Assembly: GCF_001194135.2 (NCBI RefSeq)
Contig: NC_068987.1
Span: forward strand, 5,843,284-5,907,283
Reading direction: 5' to 3'
DNA from: Octopus bimaculoides
Taxonomy: Eukaryota
DNA length: 64,000 nucleotides
Under the pieces are notes generated by a model. That model saw nothing but the letters and a program-made list of their open reading frames with translations. It did no database searches and had not been told where the DNA came from. Below, piece after piece: positions 52,347-64,000 of this stretch. Position numbers and translations under genes: made by a program. The first letter of the stretch is position 1. Every line of letters begins with the position of its first letter.

Positions 52347-52542
52347 CATACACACATACGTATGTATGTATATATCTACATACATATATATATATGTATA
52401 TATGCACACATGTATGTATATATATATATATATACATACACATATATATATACATATATATATATATGGGAGAATATACAAATAATAACAACAGACGAGG
52501 ACAGGTGGTGTAAATAACAAAAGTATTTATTAGTATGATATA

Positions 52543-52610
<68 letters not shown>

Positions 52611-52770
52611 CACACACACACACATCTATATATATATATATATTCTTTCTGTTGAAGAGCGTAGCTCGAAACGTCAAAGACTTTCCGTATTCCCGAGCGT
52701 CATACTAATATATACTTTTGTTATTTACACCACCTGTCCTCGTCTGTTGTTATTTTTTGTATATTCTCCC

Positions 52771-52826
<56 letters not shown>

Positions 52827-52834
52827 ATATATGA
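52250..52834. repeat. Foldback unit: 71-bp inverted arms (52468-52538, 52700-52770), mirrored microsatellite flanks, hammerhead-core-like motif in the spacer
   Basis: Arms match at 69 of 71 positions; outer ends tcatatatacatac(ac)n and (gt)ngtatgtatatatga are reverse complements; the spacer holds CTGTTGA-A-GAGC-gta-GCTC-GAAAC (52649-52672). Confidence 0.88.
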
Positions 52835-53469
52835 TATAACTTTTAATAATTTCTTTTAACTGACATTTGTGCTGATATGTTACCAAGTTAATAGCTATTT
52901 ATTGATTAGAGACGAAAAATCGGTCTCTCATAGGAAGCTATTGAGGAAACTAGTTCGCCAAAATAGCTTCAGTATTGAATCGAAACTGATGTTTGCGATA
53001 AGTAGTCGCTGCATTCCGAGATAGTTTGCTACTTCATTTTCAACGCTCAGATGACAGTAGGATTAAAGCTAATATATTTACAAATTACTTTCTTATCTCT
53101 CTTTCTCCATTACCACCATTACTAGGATTATGAAGAGGTTATTTAGCCTACACGTACACATATATACTAACATGGAAACAGACACACACACGCATGTATT
53201 TATGTATGTATATAGTTATATATGTGTGAGTTTGCATATAAATGGGGGCGTATGGATTATAATGTGCGCTAACTATGCCTATATATTTGCGTACGTCTAT
53301 TATATACATAAGTATATGTGTGTATACTTATATTCACACACAAATATATATATGTGTGTGTGTGTTTGTATGTATGTATGTATGTATGTATGTACGTAAC
53401 TGACTTGCACAAATTAAAATTGCGCGTACACACACACGTGTATATAATACACAAATACATATACAGTTA

Positions 53470-53571
<102 letters not shown>

Positions 53572-54525
53572 ACTATCTCTATCTCTATCTCTCTGTATAT
53601 ATNNNNNNNNNNNNNNNNNNNNTATATATATAAGTGACATTAGCTTACTAATCGGAGTATCGCGTGATGCTATTGTTTAGTCTCTGTAGAATGAATGGGA
53701 TGAGTGGTAGAAATGAAGACTCAAATCCGACTGAAAGTGGTTTTGCACCTTTCATCGGTTGACATTCGTTAGGTGTTGTGTTTCAACCATTTCTCTTAGC
53801 ATTGCTGCAAGTAAGGAACGGAGTCTCTTGTACAGTTCAACCGTTTTCGTTTTCAACCACCCATGGATGTTATCCTTCCATCCTTAACTTCGCTCGACTA
53901 ATAAATACACACACTTCTGTTTAGTAATCTGTAGGTAGTGATACGCCTCTACATGTACACATTACGCATGCATAGAGTCGTATGTTTAGAGGAACGCATA
54001 CATACATGCACGCACGTACAACACACTCTTACAAACACTCATAAATACAAAACACGCACACACACACACTCACTCACAAACACACACAAACAGAAAACAC
54101 AAAACACACACACACACTCATGAGCACACAAACACACACAAACACAAAACACACATACACATTCATAAATACAAAACACACAAACAGAAAACACAAAACA
54201 CTCACAAACACAAAACACACACACACACACACAAAGACAAAACACACGCACACACAAATACACACAAACACAAAATACACTCACACACACAAACACACAC
54301 ACATACAAAACACATACACACAAGCACAAAACATATGTGGGTGGCACATGACGTCGTGAAACGTTTACAACAAAATAGTACGAAGCACGAGTACATGGAA
54401 CTTGAACTAGTCTTTCGAACAACGAAAGACACAAATGGAAGACAAAGCAATAAAGAACGACCCTTCATCAGTTGTTGGCTGTTTCTCTCCCTCTTTCTCC
54501 CTCCCTCTCTTTCTCTGTAACTATA

Positions 54526-54653
54526 CGAGGAGTGTATGAAAAGTCTTGAGCCTCAAAAAAAAAAAAAAAAAAAAATTACAAGACTTCTGATGAAGGTACA
54601 AGATTTCAAGGTCTTTGGGCCTTGAAGGGTCAAAACTTTTCATACACCCCTCG
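54526..54653. mobile_element. Mariner-type MITE, 128 bp, TA target duplication
   Basis: TA|CGAGGAGTGTATGAAAAGTCTTGAGCCT ... AGGGTCAAAACTTTTCATACACCCCTCG|TA; TIRs of about 28 bp; internal poly(A). Confidence 0.85.
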
Positions 54654-56499
54654 TATGTATTTTTATAAAATCGAGAGGACAATTTGGTTTGTATGGGGGA
54701 TAAGAATTGAATGCGTTTTTCCTCTGCTCACCTCCCATATTGCTTGTGCAGACGAGACTTCTTTTGTCTCGAGGATGAAACGTTGACGCTGTCAAAAAAC
54801 ATTTGCAACAGTCTACTTTTAAATCTATAATTCTTGCACATATCATTTCGCGACTAAATTCGACTTTTCATTATGTTATATTGAGATATGCGAGAAACAA
54901 AACTGGTTTAAGAGGGAGATCTGGTTTAGTTACGAGAGGGAGGATAATGGTAAATTTATGTTTTTCTTTCATGTGTTTGGTTCTGTTTATATTCTTTTTT
55001 TGTATTTCATTGTTTCCATTGTTTTCTGAACACTATAATATTTTGATGGTGAAGGACAACTGATCGATACTGAACGTCGAAGGTAATGGTTATATAATAT
55101 AAGCATGCTTGGTAGAGTTTAGTAATAAAGAATTTGAACTAGATGGATCAGACAGGAAATCAATGGAGCCAAGCTGTTGGTTATGTTGGTAATAGTGTGG
55201 ATGCTGCTACTGAGGATAATGGCAATGTGGGATGAAATTGATAGTTGTGTCTATAATAGTAATATTCGTGGTGTTGGTGATGGCCGCGAGATAAAAAAAA
55301 ATTAGAGTTACCATAACATTTTGGCTCACAAACTTTTATAGTTAACATTAAATGTATGGAGCGAGAATAGATATGATGGGTAGAAGCCTGAGGAGATAGA
55401 TCAATGTTTAGATCAGTTGAATCAATACACATATACATATATAGTAGCAAAGGGTGAAAGTGAATGTATCTGACTTCAGTATTTTTTATCGATTTTAACA
55501 AGAACGAACATATGTGTCGAATGATTTAGGAGATGTAAGGTTACTTTCGACTAGGAACGGCTGGTACTCATAGAGTGATTAATGGGTTTAAAACTATAAG
55601 AAGCAACGTTGGGTGAAATAATTTATCAGCCTGGTTATTTAATCAGCCTATTTAGAGTGTTCATTAATTAATTCTCTGGGTAAATTAGAAAAAACAAACT
55701 TCATGTTTTATATACAGATATGAGGAGATAACATGTTTGAATATTTGAAGACTTATGATAACAAATTCTATCATTTGTGACAGACGTTGTCTAAGAGTGA
55801 AGAATGGACTGCTCGCCATCGCATTTATTTTGTAGCTAAATATAATCGGTTGTCCAAGTCTATACTGTGTCAGCTTTAATGAGATTTTCAAATAAGTAAC
55901 ACAACTTAAATTAACAGTCGTTCTTTGTCCTCCTGTACATTGTAGCTATTCTTTCAAATCGAAATATTCTATGACCATTAAAGTGTCTTAGATATCTTGG
56001 CTATCGAATTAACTGTTTGGTTGTCCTGTTAAACACATGGCATTCACAAGACTTATTTCCCTGGTGTTCATGCTTCATATTCGGTACACCATTCCCAAGT
56101 TTTCTTTCAGCCACCTGAATAACTTGGAACTTATGAAAGGAAAGCTTTTATCTCACTCCGAACATGTGAAACAAGGACTAACTAAAGACCTGAAAGCAGG
56201 CATGAGCGTTTAGAAGAAACTTATGAAAATGGTTTCGACAGGTAAAAGGTAAATCATTAATGAGTCACAAGCGATGTGATATGAACTATTGATAAATTGT
56301 CGAGGATTGCTTAAAAATCAAATATATTGAATGTATCTCGAATAATTGTTTATAAAGCATGTACGTACAGAGTGATGGTACGATGTCATTTTTTACTGAT
56401 AAAAAATATATAAAGTTGAGCAATAGCAATCTTGCATGAAATCTTGTTTGGTGATGTAAATAACAAGAGCCATGTGTCCTATAAACCAAGTACAGGCGA

Positions 56500-57700
56500 G
56501 TGGAATGGTATTTAGATATTGCTCTCAAAACCGGTTTTTCGAATTCTCGGCGCATTTTGTTCTTGAGCAAAACATTTCGTTTCACTCTGTCATGTCTGTC
56601 CAGCTGTTTATTATTTTTCTCTTCTAGAAAATGAAGCCCAGGCACAAATTGTCAGGAAAAATATTATCTGTTACTGTCTATATGGCACTACAATAAAACA
56701 GATTTGTTTAAACAGGTACATTGTAACAGAAACTGCTAAAATGTAACATTTCTATAAAGTAGTTTGATATTATCAACAAGTGATTAATTTCAAATAATTT
56801 ACCATGCTTATTGGCATATTTGCGGTAAAATCACTTTCACAAGTTTCCAAGTCATGTATTAAAAAATAAATCTAAGAGGCTTTCATGCGAAATTCGCTGA
56901 CAAACACTTCTACACATAATTGCAAGAGTATAAATAATGTATACAGTTGTGCCAAAGGATAAATACATTGTCACATTGTCAGGAGAATTTAAAACAGCAT
57001 CCTGTAGATTCCCGGTTGTAAATCGTCTAGCATTAGGCTTTGCTGGTGATGTTAACATTTTAATTGATAACCCTTTTGAAACATTAAGACAACTGAAAAG
57101 CTTTGCAACTGCATCTGTAAACGTGTGTTTAAAAATCAATAAATTATAATCCAAAATAATGTTTGTCACTAACTTCAATCTCACAATCGGATGAATCATC
57201 TCTGGAGACAAAACGTCCTTTTTTAATATTCTTTTGCCATCTTGGATGTGATATTCTGGAGAAAGCCATTGCTACCTCTCGTATCAGTTCCCTTTCTGCA
57301 GAAATAGTGTCTTTGTTTAAATAGTAAAACAAATTTATTTCTTAATGAAAAAGCGATTGACTCATGACTTTATCTTCTGCATTATTCGTAATGCTTTTAA
57401 GGTTTTCTAAATGGCAGCGAATGATTATGAGCAGATTTTGCGAACCAGAGGGAGAATCAAGTGTCAGTTAATATTGAAGAATTCAGTCAGGTAGTGTATT
57501 GAGGACAAGTTAAGCTGACATCGAAGCTAGCGTTCCTTTGGCAATAAACTTCAGTCAGCAGAACTGAAATGCCTGAGCCAAGATATTAAATATACGTCTC
57601 TGGGACAGCTCTTGCACACAGAACTAAAGCCTAACCTCAACCGTGCTGGTTTATTAATGGAGGAAATGCAAATAGAATCGGATTAAAATCACGCTCGTTA
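56500..57700 (+). mobile_element. RTE-like LINE reverse transcriptase relic
   Basis: LGFAGDVNILIDN..LRQL..ASVNVCLKIN (ORF 56937-57149; FADD-like motif, GLKIN-like motif), upstream K*FDIIN (KAFD-like), downstream KLQSAELKCL (57546-57575); many stops. Confidence 0.6.
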
Positions 57701-58673
57701 ATTCTCATATGTTGGCGTATATCACTGTAAACTGCTATCTAATTTTCAAATGAAGCGAATAGTGTACAATGTGTTATTCAAGGCAAGAGCAGAGTGACAC
57801 GGACAAGAAACTAAATTACTCAATATTATGAACAGAGAGATCACGACCACCGAACATATTTCCATTCAGCCACCGAGGATTAATGAATAATATTAAGATT
57901 TTCATTTCCACCTATCCGTTCAGATATATAAACTGCGAAACAAAGACATGATATATAAAGTAGTGAATTCAACGGTAAGATGGCATAGTAGCAGTCCAAA
58001 AGTTAATGAATTGCCTGAGTATTTAATAAATTTTGGATTATTGCTATCAATATTCACAGACAAGTAATAAAATGAGTGAAATATATTTACACAAAGGTGA
58101 ACTAAATTACGATTTGTTTTGGCAGAATAAAAAGTAATGTTTTGAAATAGAATGAATATTCTTTGGTCTGAATTTATCTCAGCAGACATTGGATGTTATT
58201 TATTTGGAAATTGTTGTGCTGTGAGAATCAAACTCATAAATACAATGCATTGCAAAGGCAAATATTTCTTTACTCTTTACATGACCAAGAGTAAATCACA
58301 ATTAAAAGTCAGAGATTTATGCGACAACAATTTTTAGTTAAATTTACTACTTTATTCTGCCTTCGTTTCATAGTTTATGTATCTGAACGGATTGCTTTTG
58401 AGCTTCATAAAATAAGATACATGAAATATATATTTCTTAAGATCTGGTCGGTTATTGTTTCGGATTTCGTATTTTTCCAATTTTGTTCCACTTGTTTTCG
58501 AATTTGGTTATGCCGACTTAATTTTGTATGCTAATTGTGAAAATGAAATTCGTTTGTGTCATAAACTAATAAATAAAGAAGATAATATATTTTAATGTTT
58601 CCAAATGTTGTGTAATTTTAACCAACTGAAACCCACCATTGTACACACGGCTGTAAAACTCACTCGGGAGTCT

Positions 58674-58723
58674 GTTTCCATAGCAACAATCAAAACTGTA
58701 TTCTGCCTCGTTTTCATTGTAAC
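58674..58723. promoter_or_regulatory. Two RFX X-box motifs: GTTTCCATAGCAAC (58674-58687) and GTTTTCATTGTAAC (58710-58723)
   Basis: The first matches GTHNYY-AT-RRNAAC exactly and the second has one mismatch; they lie in non-repetitive sequence next to a minus-strand GTGAGT donor (58663-58658). Confidence 0.45.
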
Positions 58724-60109
58724 AAGGACGTTGTACTTAATGCGGTTGTGACTCTTTCACCGCTGCAAACACAACTACAAATTTTAAATTTGTGGTGCTC
58801 CTCCGTTTAAAATGAAGGAAAATTGTGTTTTTCCCTTGCGAGCAGCATAATCAAAAATGATGCTATCCGCACAAGTAGCCTCGATATGGTTCCAACGAGT
58901 GCTCAGTTTATCATGGCTGATGAGTTTAACACTCGTTGAGCCACGTTAACTACTAGGATATTAAAGGTAATCAACAAGAGCTGTTTATAGCTGACAATCG
59001 TTTGCTATTTTCAGTGAGGCGTTCAAATCCTGATTTTGATATAGGTAGAGAAGGATCTGTTCAGTTAGAATGGCTTATACCGTTTGCTGCATAAGATGGT
59101 CGAGTTATTGTTCATAAACCTAAATGAATATCATGATTTAAAACCCTTTAAACATCGCTGTAGGCTGTTTAACCTCAATTTACATTTAACAGAACAGATG
59201 TATGATCAAAGACATCCTCGTTATAAGCAGTTCGTCTTTCTGCATTACTAGGAATACGCTACGTCATGTGACCGCCTCGTTTTATGATTTAGCCGAGATG
59301 TAGTTGCTATTCTTGGAGTTTGGGAGATCACGTAGAGTTCCATCCAAATATGGATCTTGATTTCTTTTGATTCGTCAGAAATATACAATTTTAGGTGAGA
59401 ACATTATACTAATTTAGCCTTCTTCTATATTTATTATCCTCTCTGTTCTTGAATATTAACATAAAGTGCTAATGTATTTAATCATTAAAAATTGATTAAA
59501 AGCTTTAGGCACCCATAACGAGTAAATTGGAATGTATTTGTGATTTTATATTTACTCCATATTGCAAACATTCCAAATGATATCGTCGCATTTATTAAAG
59601 CATTCGCTAAATATGAACATTAATAGCAAGTAGCATGCCGTGCATATAATAACGCAATAAATGATACATTAGCATCGATTATACGTAGTTATTACACGTG
59701 GCAAAAGGAATCAAAGTGACACAACCACACTATCAAAACTGCGTTAGGTGAACATATGCTATCAAACATGAGAGCTAAACTTTGTGTGACGCTGTTTCAA
59801 ATGATATTTAATGTAGCTGTTTCGTCAGATCAACGCAAATCACATCATGTCCACTACTTGATTTTTTTTCACCCGGATGTCAGATACGATTTAGATTTTA
59901 AAACATAAATCCTGGAATCGTAGATCAGTAATAAAATTCATTCGAAATATTTTCTGTTTAAATATGAGACTTCATAGCCATGGGTTGTTGGGTGAATATT
60001 ATAATAATGTGAATGGTTGAGGAAGTTGGCAGAGGCATGGCGATCTTTATATAAATTCTACTGTCCTCCTCGGACAGAAGAAGGAGAAAAGATATTAGGC
60101 ATATGATGG

Positions 60110-60282
60110 TAGGATGGCGGTGTGGTCGTGAAGATCGTTTTGCAATTACGTCGTTTCGGGTCCTCCCCTAGAACGTGGTACTTTGGTCAAGTGTCTTTTA
60201 CTATAGCCACGTGACAACCAATACTTTTTATGAGCGAACTTGGTAGAAAAATACTGCGTGAAAGCACGTCGTATATACCGGA
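60110..60282 (+). mobile_element. Heavily degraded SINE family B head
   Basis: gaacgtggtactttggtcaagtgtcttttactatagcc..tggtagaaaa..gaaagcacgtcgtata. Confidence 0.6.
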
Positions 60283-61261
60283 ACTACCAGCAAAATTGTT
60301 ACGCTCATAAATTCTTAAAACTTCTTAAAACCAATAAAACTGGGGGTTGGTTTGTTCGACTATACCAGTCCAGCTATGACCGCATTCCTATGAGTGATAC
60401 GAATTACAGCAAAAAGATAACAAATAGAACGTCTAAATTTTACATGACGTTCAAAGAACTACACTATTACGGGGTAGTCGTTCATGTCGCAGAGAATGGA
60501 AGTAAATTTCAAGGTATTTAAAGAGTATTCTGCAAAATATTCTGTTAAAATATTGTGAACCACCCTAATATTAGTAGTACTGCATAGAAATCAATACCAT
60601 TATGAGCTATATACTCGAAATTAATCTGTTCCATAGATTAGTTTCTATAATTCTGGAGGAAATGACATTTTAATGAAAGGATTAGTTTTCCGATTCGGAA
60701 CAAAGACACAGAAGGAATTGAAAAGGTTAAGAAAGGTTCAAAAATCTTAATGTTTCTCCAGAAGACCTAAATTAATATATGGATCTTTTTACCCGATTCT
60801 GCACATCTTTGTAAGGAATAATATAAATTCGCTTGACTTAATGCCAATAGAATTTAATATACAGCCCTAGGATGAATGAAAGACAAAGTGAACCATGATT
60901 GAAATTACGAACAAAATACACAAGACTAGATGCCATACATGTAACTTCACTATTCTATGTGTCATCTATAGAACTTAATAGCTCTTATATAAAAGCAAAA
61001 TTATCAATGAACATTGAAAGCGATCTGATAAAGATCCTATTGTTTTAACTTGGTGCTAAGCCAATTTCTCTTTTGTGAAGTATGGTTGATTCAATTTCTA
61101 TGAAGTATTTCACACACTACCGTCTTCTGTGTGAAAGACAATATTTAGACCGTGTGACTTGAACTCAGAACAAGCTTAGTGAAAAGGAATGTAGATGAGA
61201 AAGAACTGCTTCAGACATCGTCCACCGATACGACGTCAGGAATTAATAAACAAATAGATAT

Positions 61262-61445
61262 GTAGGCACAGCGGTGGTGTGTGGTAAGAAACTTGCTTCC
61301 CAACCGCACAGTTTCAGGCTCGGTCCTACTGCATGGCACCTTAGGCAAGTGTCTTCTACTATAGCGTCGGATCAACCCAAGTCTTGTGGTGGATTTGGTA
61401 GACGGAAACTGAAAGAAGCTCGTCGTATTTGTTGTCTTACCATTA

Positions 61446-61487
<42 letters not shown>

Positions 61488-61805
61488 GTGTGTGTGTGTG
61501 TGTGTGTGTGTGCGCGTGTGTGCGCGTATATGTGCGTGTGCATATGTGTGTGTGGGCGTATGCGTGTGTGAATGTATGTGCGTGTGTGGACGAGTGTGGG
61601 TGTGCGTATTGGTGTCTGTGTTTGTCCCCCACTACCGCTTGACAACCGGTGTGTTTACATCCCCGTAACTTAGCGGTTTGGCATAGGGTCTGATAGAATG
61701 ATAACAGGTTTTAAAACAATAATACTGGGGCCGATTCATTCAACTCAAAATTCTTCAAAGCGCTGCCTCAGTATGGCCGCAGTCCAATGACTGAAACATG
61801 CAACA
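61262..61805 (+). mobile_element. Full-length SINE family B with expanded internal microsatellite
   Basis: Head, internal (TA)n(TG)n and tail all match other copies. Confidence 0.88.
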
Positions 61806-62324
61806 GATACAATATATATATGTCTTTCATCTCTCCCGTCTCTGCACAGTCTGTACAAATATTTACACATTTTATATATCTCTGCCTCACTTCGAAATAT
61901 TTCCTAGTCAGTGATACATAATCCCATATCTTTTGCTCCCCTGTTTAGGAAGTAATATCCTCTTCACAGCAGAAGTAATATTTAAGAGAATAAACTGCAT
62001 CGCAATTGATTTATTCACAAGGTCGACATAGTGTTAACGTAGACTCGTCCGCCATTGTTTAGTCAACCTTTCCTTCTCCAAAACATTTATCAACCAAACC
62101 AGGAATAAATAGTAAGAAACATAATCGATCGATACTTTTCCATTACATGCATCGATGTGTGTGGGTTCAGCCCAAACTGGATTTAACCGGTCATTTCCTA
62201 TGTAAAGATAAAAAAAGAAACAGGCATATTTTATACTGATTATACTTTCCTGAGATACCAGATTCCTTTGCTATATAATTCATATATCTTTGTAATTCAA
62301 CTTATACATATGATGATGTCAAAT

Positions 62325-62479
62325 TGTTGCCACAAGGGCAGCTTGGGAGAGAGGATTAAGTCGATTACATCGACCCCACTGCGTCCCCGAAAGGATGAAA
62401 GGCAACGTCGACCTCGGCGGAATTTGAACTCAGAACATAACAGGCAGACGAAATACTGCTAAGCATTTCGCCCGACGTG
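62325..62479 (-). mobile_element. SINE family A, internally deleted
   Basis: attaagtcgattacatcgacccc..aaggatgaaaggcaacgtcgacctcggcggaatttgaactcagaac..aagcatttcgccc. Confidence 0.85.
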
Positions 62480-63375
62480 AAGTTACACATATAATAATGG
62501 TGTTTACATAGGACCTTGTCTCTTTGAAGCTTTACTCTTCTCGCTTTTCTCACTTCTCCGCGAATATCATAAACCCTGCTGCAACAGCTGAAACTATAGC
62601 TCTTCAAATCCTTTAAATTAATATGTTGTCCCTACTGCTCCCAGAAGAACATCAACTATCACATGCAAAATTCGGCGAATCTCATTTCATTCTCCTGTAA
62701 GAGACCCGTCATTAAACCCACATAATATCAACAAATAAAAATGTTGCGTTTGATTTAATTAGCGACAATTTCAATAAAGCTTCTAAGTTATAAATGGAGG
62801 GAAATCCCTTGTGATGATTTCTACTGCTACAGCAAATCTATTTCGGAAACTCGTTATTCTGAATTGCAAAATATTACGGTATGACAATACCCTTTATAAG
62901 ACTAGTAAGACAACATATACGCCGGTATATACACCCGTCTCAAGACAGCTTGACCTTTAACATGTTGCTCGACTCGCTGGAAATAGCCTTAAAATCTTTC
63001 CAAACTACATCTTACCATATTTTACGACTGGCCACACGAGATAATACGGTTTTATTTAAAACATGAATGGTTGTGTCAGAATATCAATGATCAAAATCTT
63101 CCGCGACCCGGACTGACTCGGATTTTAAAAATAAGCCGCAACAAAAAAGAATTTTATAAGGCCGTCACTTTTCACTTCATCACTCGATATTCTTTTCAGA
63201 CGTCCTTATCACCAGAAAATCACTCCTGGCAATTATTTATTGAATTTTCTTCGTGTTAATGCAGTATAATTTTTCTAAAACAATTAGTCCTTTCTTTATA
63301 TATATTTTTAGCTGTAAGTACGAAAGACAATACTAGATTAGCGAATCATGCATATACAAGTGCTATATATATATG

Positions 63376-63444
<69 letters not shown>

Positions 63445-64000
63445 GCACTACAAATATGTTTATGTGTGTGTGTATTGAAAATAGAATTATAAGTTTTCGT
63501 TGTATATTGATTATAGAAAATAATCTAATACTAGAGCACATAAAATACCCAATAGCGGACAAAAGCAGGCATTAGTGACCGATTTCTTTCCCTTACGGTG
63601 AATTATATCCCGTAATATTAGACTATTTTCTATAGACATATAGGGTAAAGGCTTAAAGTCCTATTTAGAATATTTCAATTGTCACCCTTTTCTAATTTAC
63701 GCACAATTCACACGTTTACAGATACATGCGCAGGCACGCGTATATATATACGGCAACAAGAAAATGGAGTGGATCAAGAAGTGGTATTCATCAACTTTTA
63801 GACATTATATTATGTGTATTTATATATTCTATATATTATAATTATTATAATTATATGAACAAAGAAATACGAACTACTACAGTAACCCTCCCTTCTCAAC
63901 ACATGAAATATGTATGTGACTATGAGTATTTTTGTACGTAAATATAAATGCGCGCGCACGCGTGTCTGTGTGTGTGCATATATATATATATATATATATA

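Noticed and set aside
54577-54600. CTGATGA inside the mariner MITE and at 58917 as further hammerheads
   Set aside because: No stem II followed by GAAA.
56111-56241. Plus-strand exon-like segment with strong acceptor and donor
   Set aside because: The best frame hits a stop (..AGMSV*) and the sequence looks more like a decayed mariner C-terminus.
57924-57974. Plus-strand 51-nt exon-like segment (IYKLRNKDMIYKVVNST)
   Set aside because: Unrecognised; it illustrates the chance rate of such matches.

Overview
Eukaryotic, AT-rich, repeat-saturated animal DNA with no confidently identifiable intact protein-coding gene. The SINE families and extreme microsatellite density look like a coleoid cephalopod, most likely Octopus; this is inferred from recalled repeat sequences and no search was run. 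The window has 15 assembly gaps (~3.7 kb of N), mostly flanked by microsatellites, and nearly all ORFs in the supplied track are microsatellite, gap or repeat translations. Supported content: about 30 tRNA-type SINE copies in four head/core families (my labels A-D), a decayed mariner transposase, three MITEs (mariner-, Tigger- and hAT-like), LINE relics (R4/Dong-like, RTE-like, possibly CR1-like), Penelope-like relics, a full-length 5S rRNA-derived copy, several long inverted repeats and a 251-bp direct duplication. The best leads are (1) a 5S copy with a tail and flanking direct repeats that may be a 5S-derived SINE, (2) hammerhead-core-like motifs in Penelope-like tails, one inside a 585-bp foldback, (3) paired RFX X-box motifs beside a minus-strand splice donor that could mark a ciliary-gene promoter, and (4) a recurrent dimeric SINE. 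I do not see evidence for a new multi-gene system. Coordinates were counted by hand and repeat ends are approximate.
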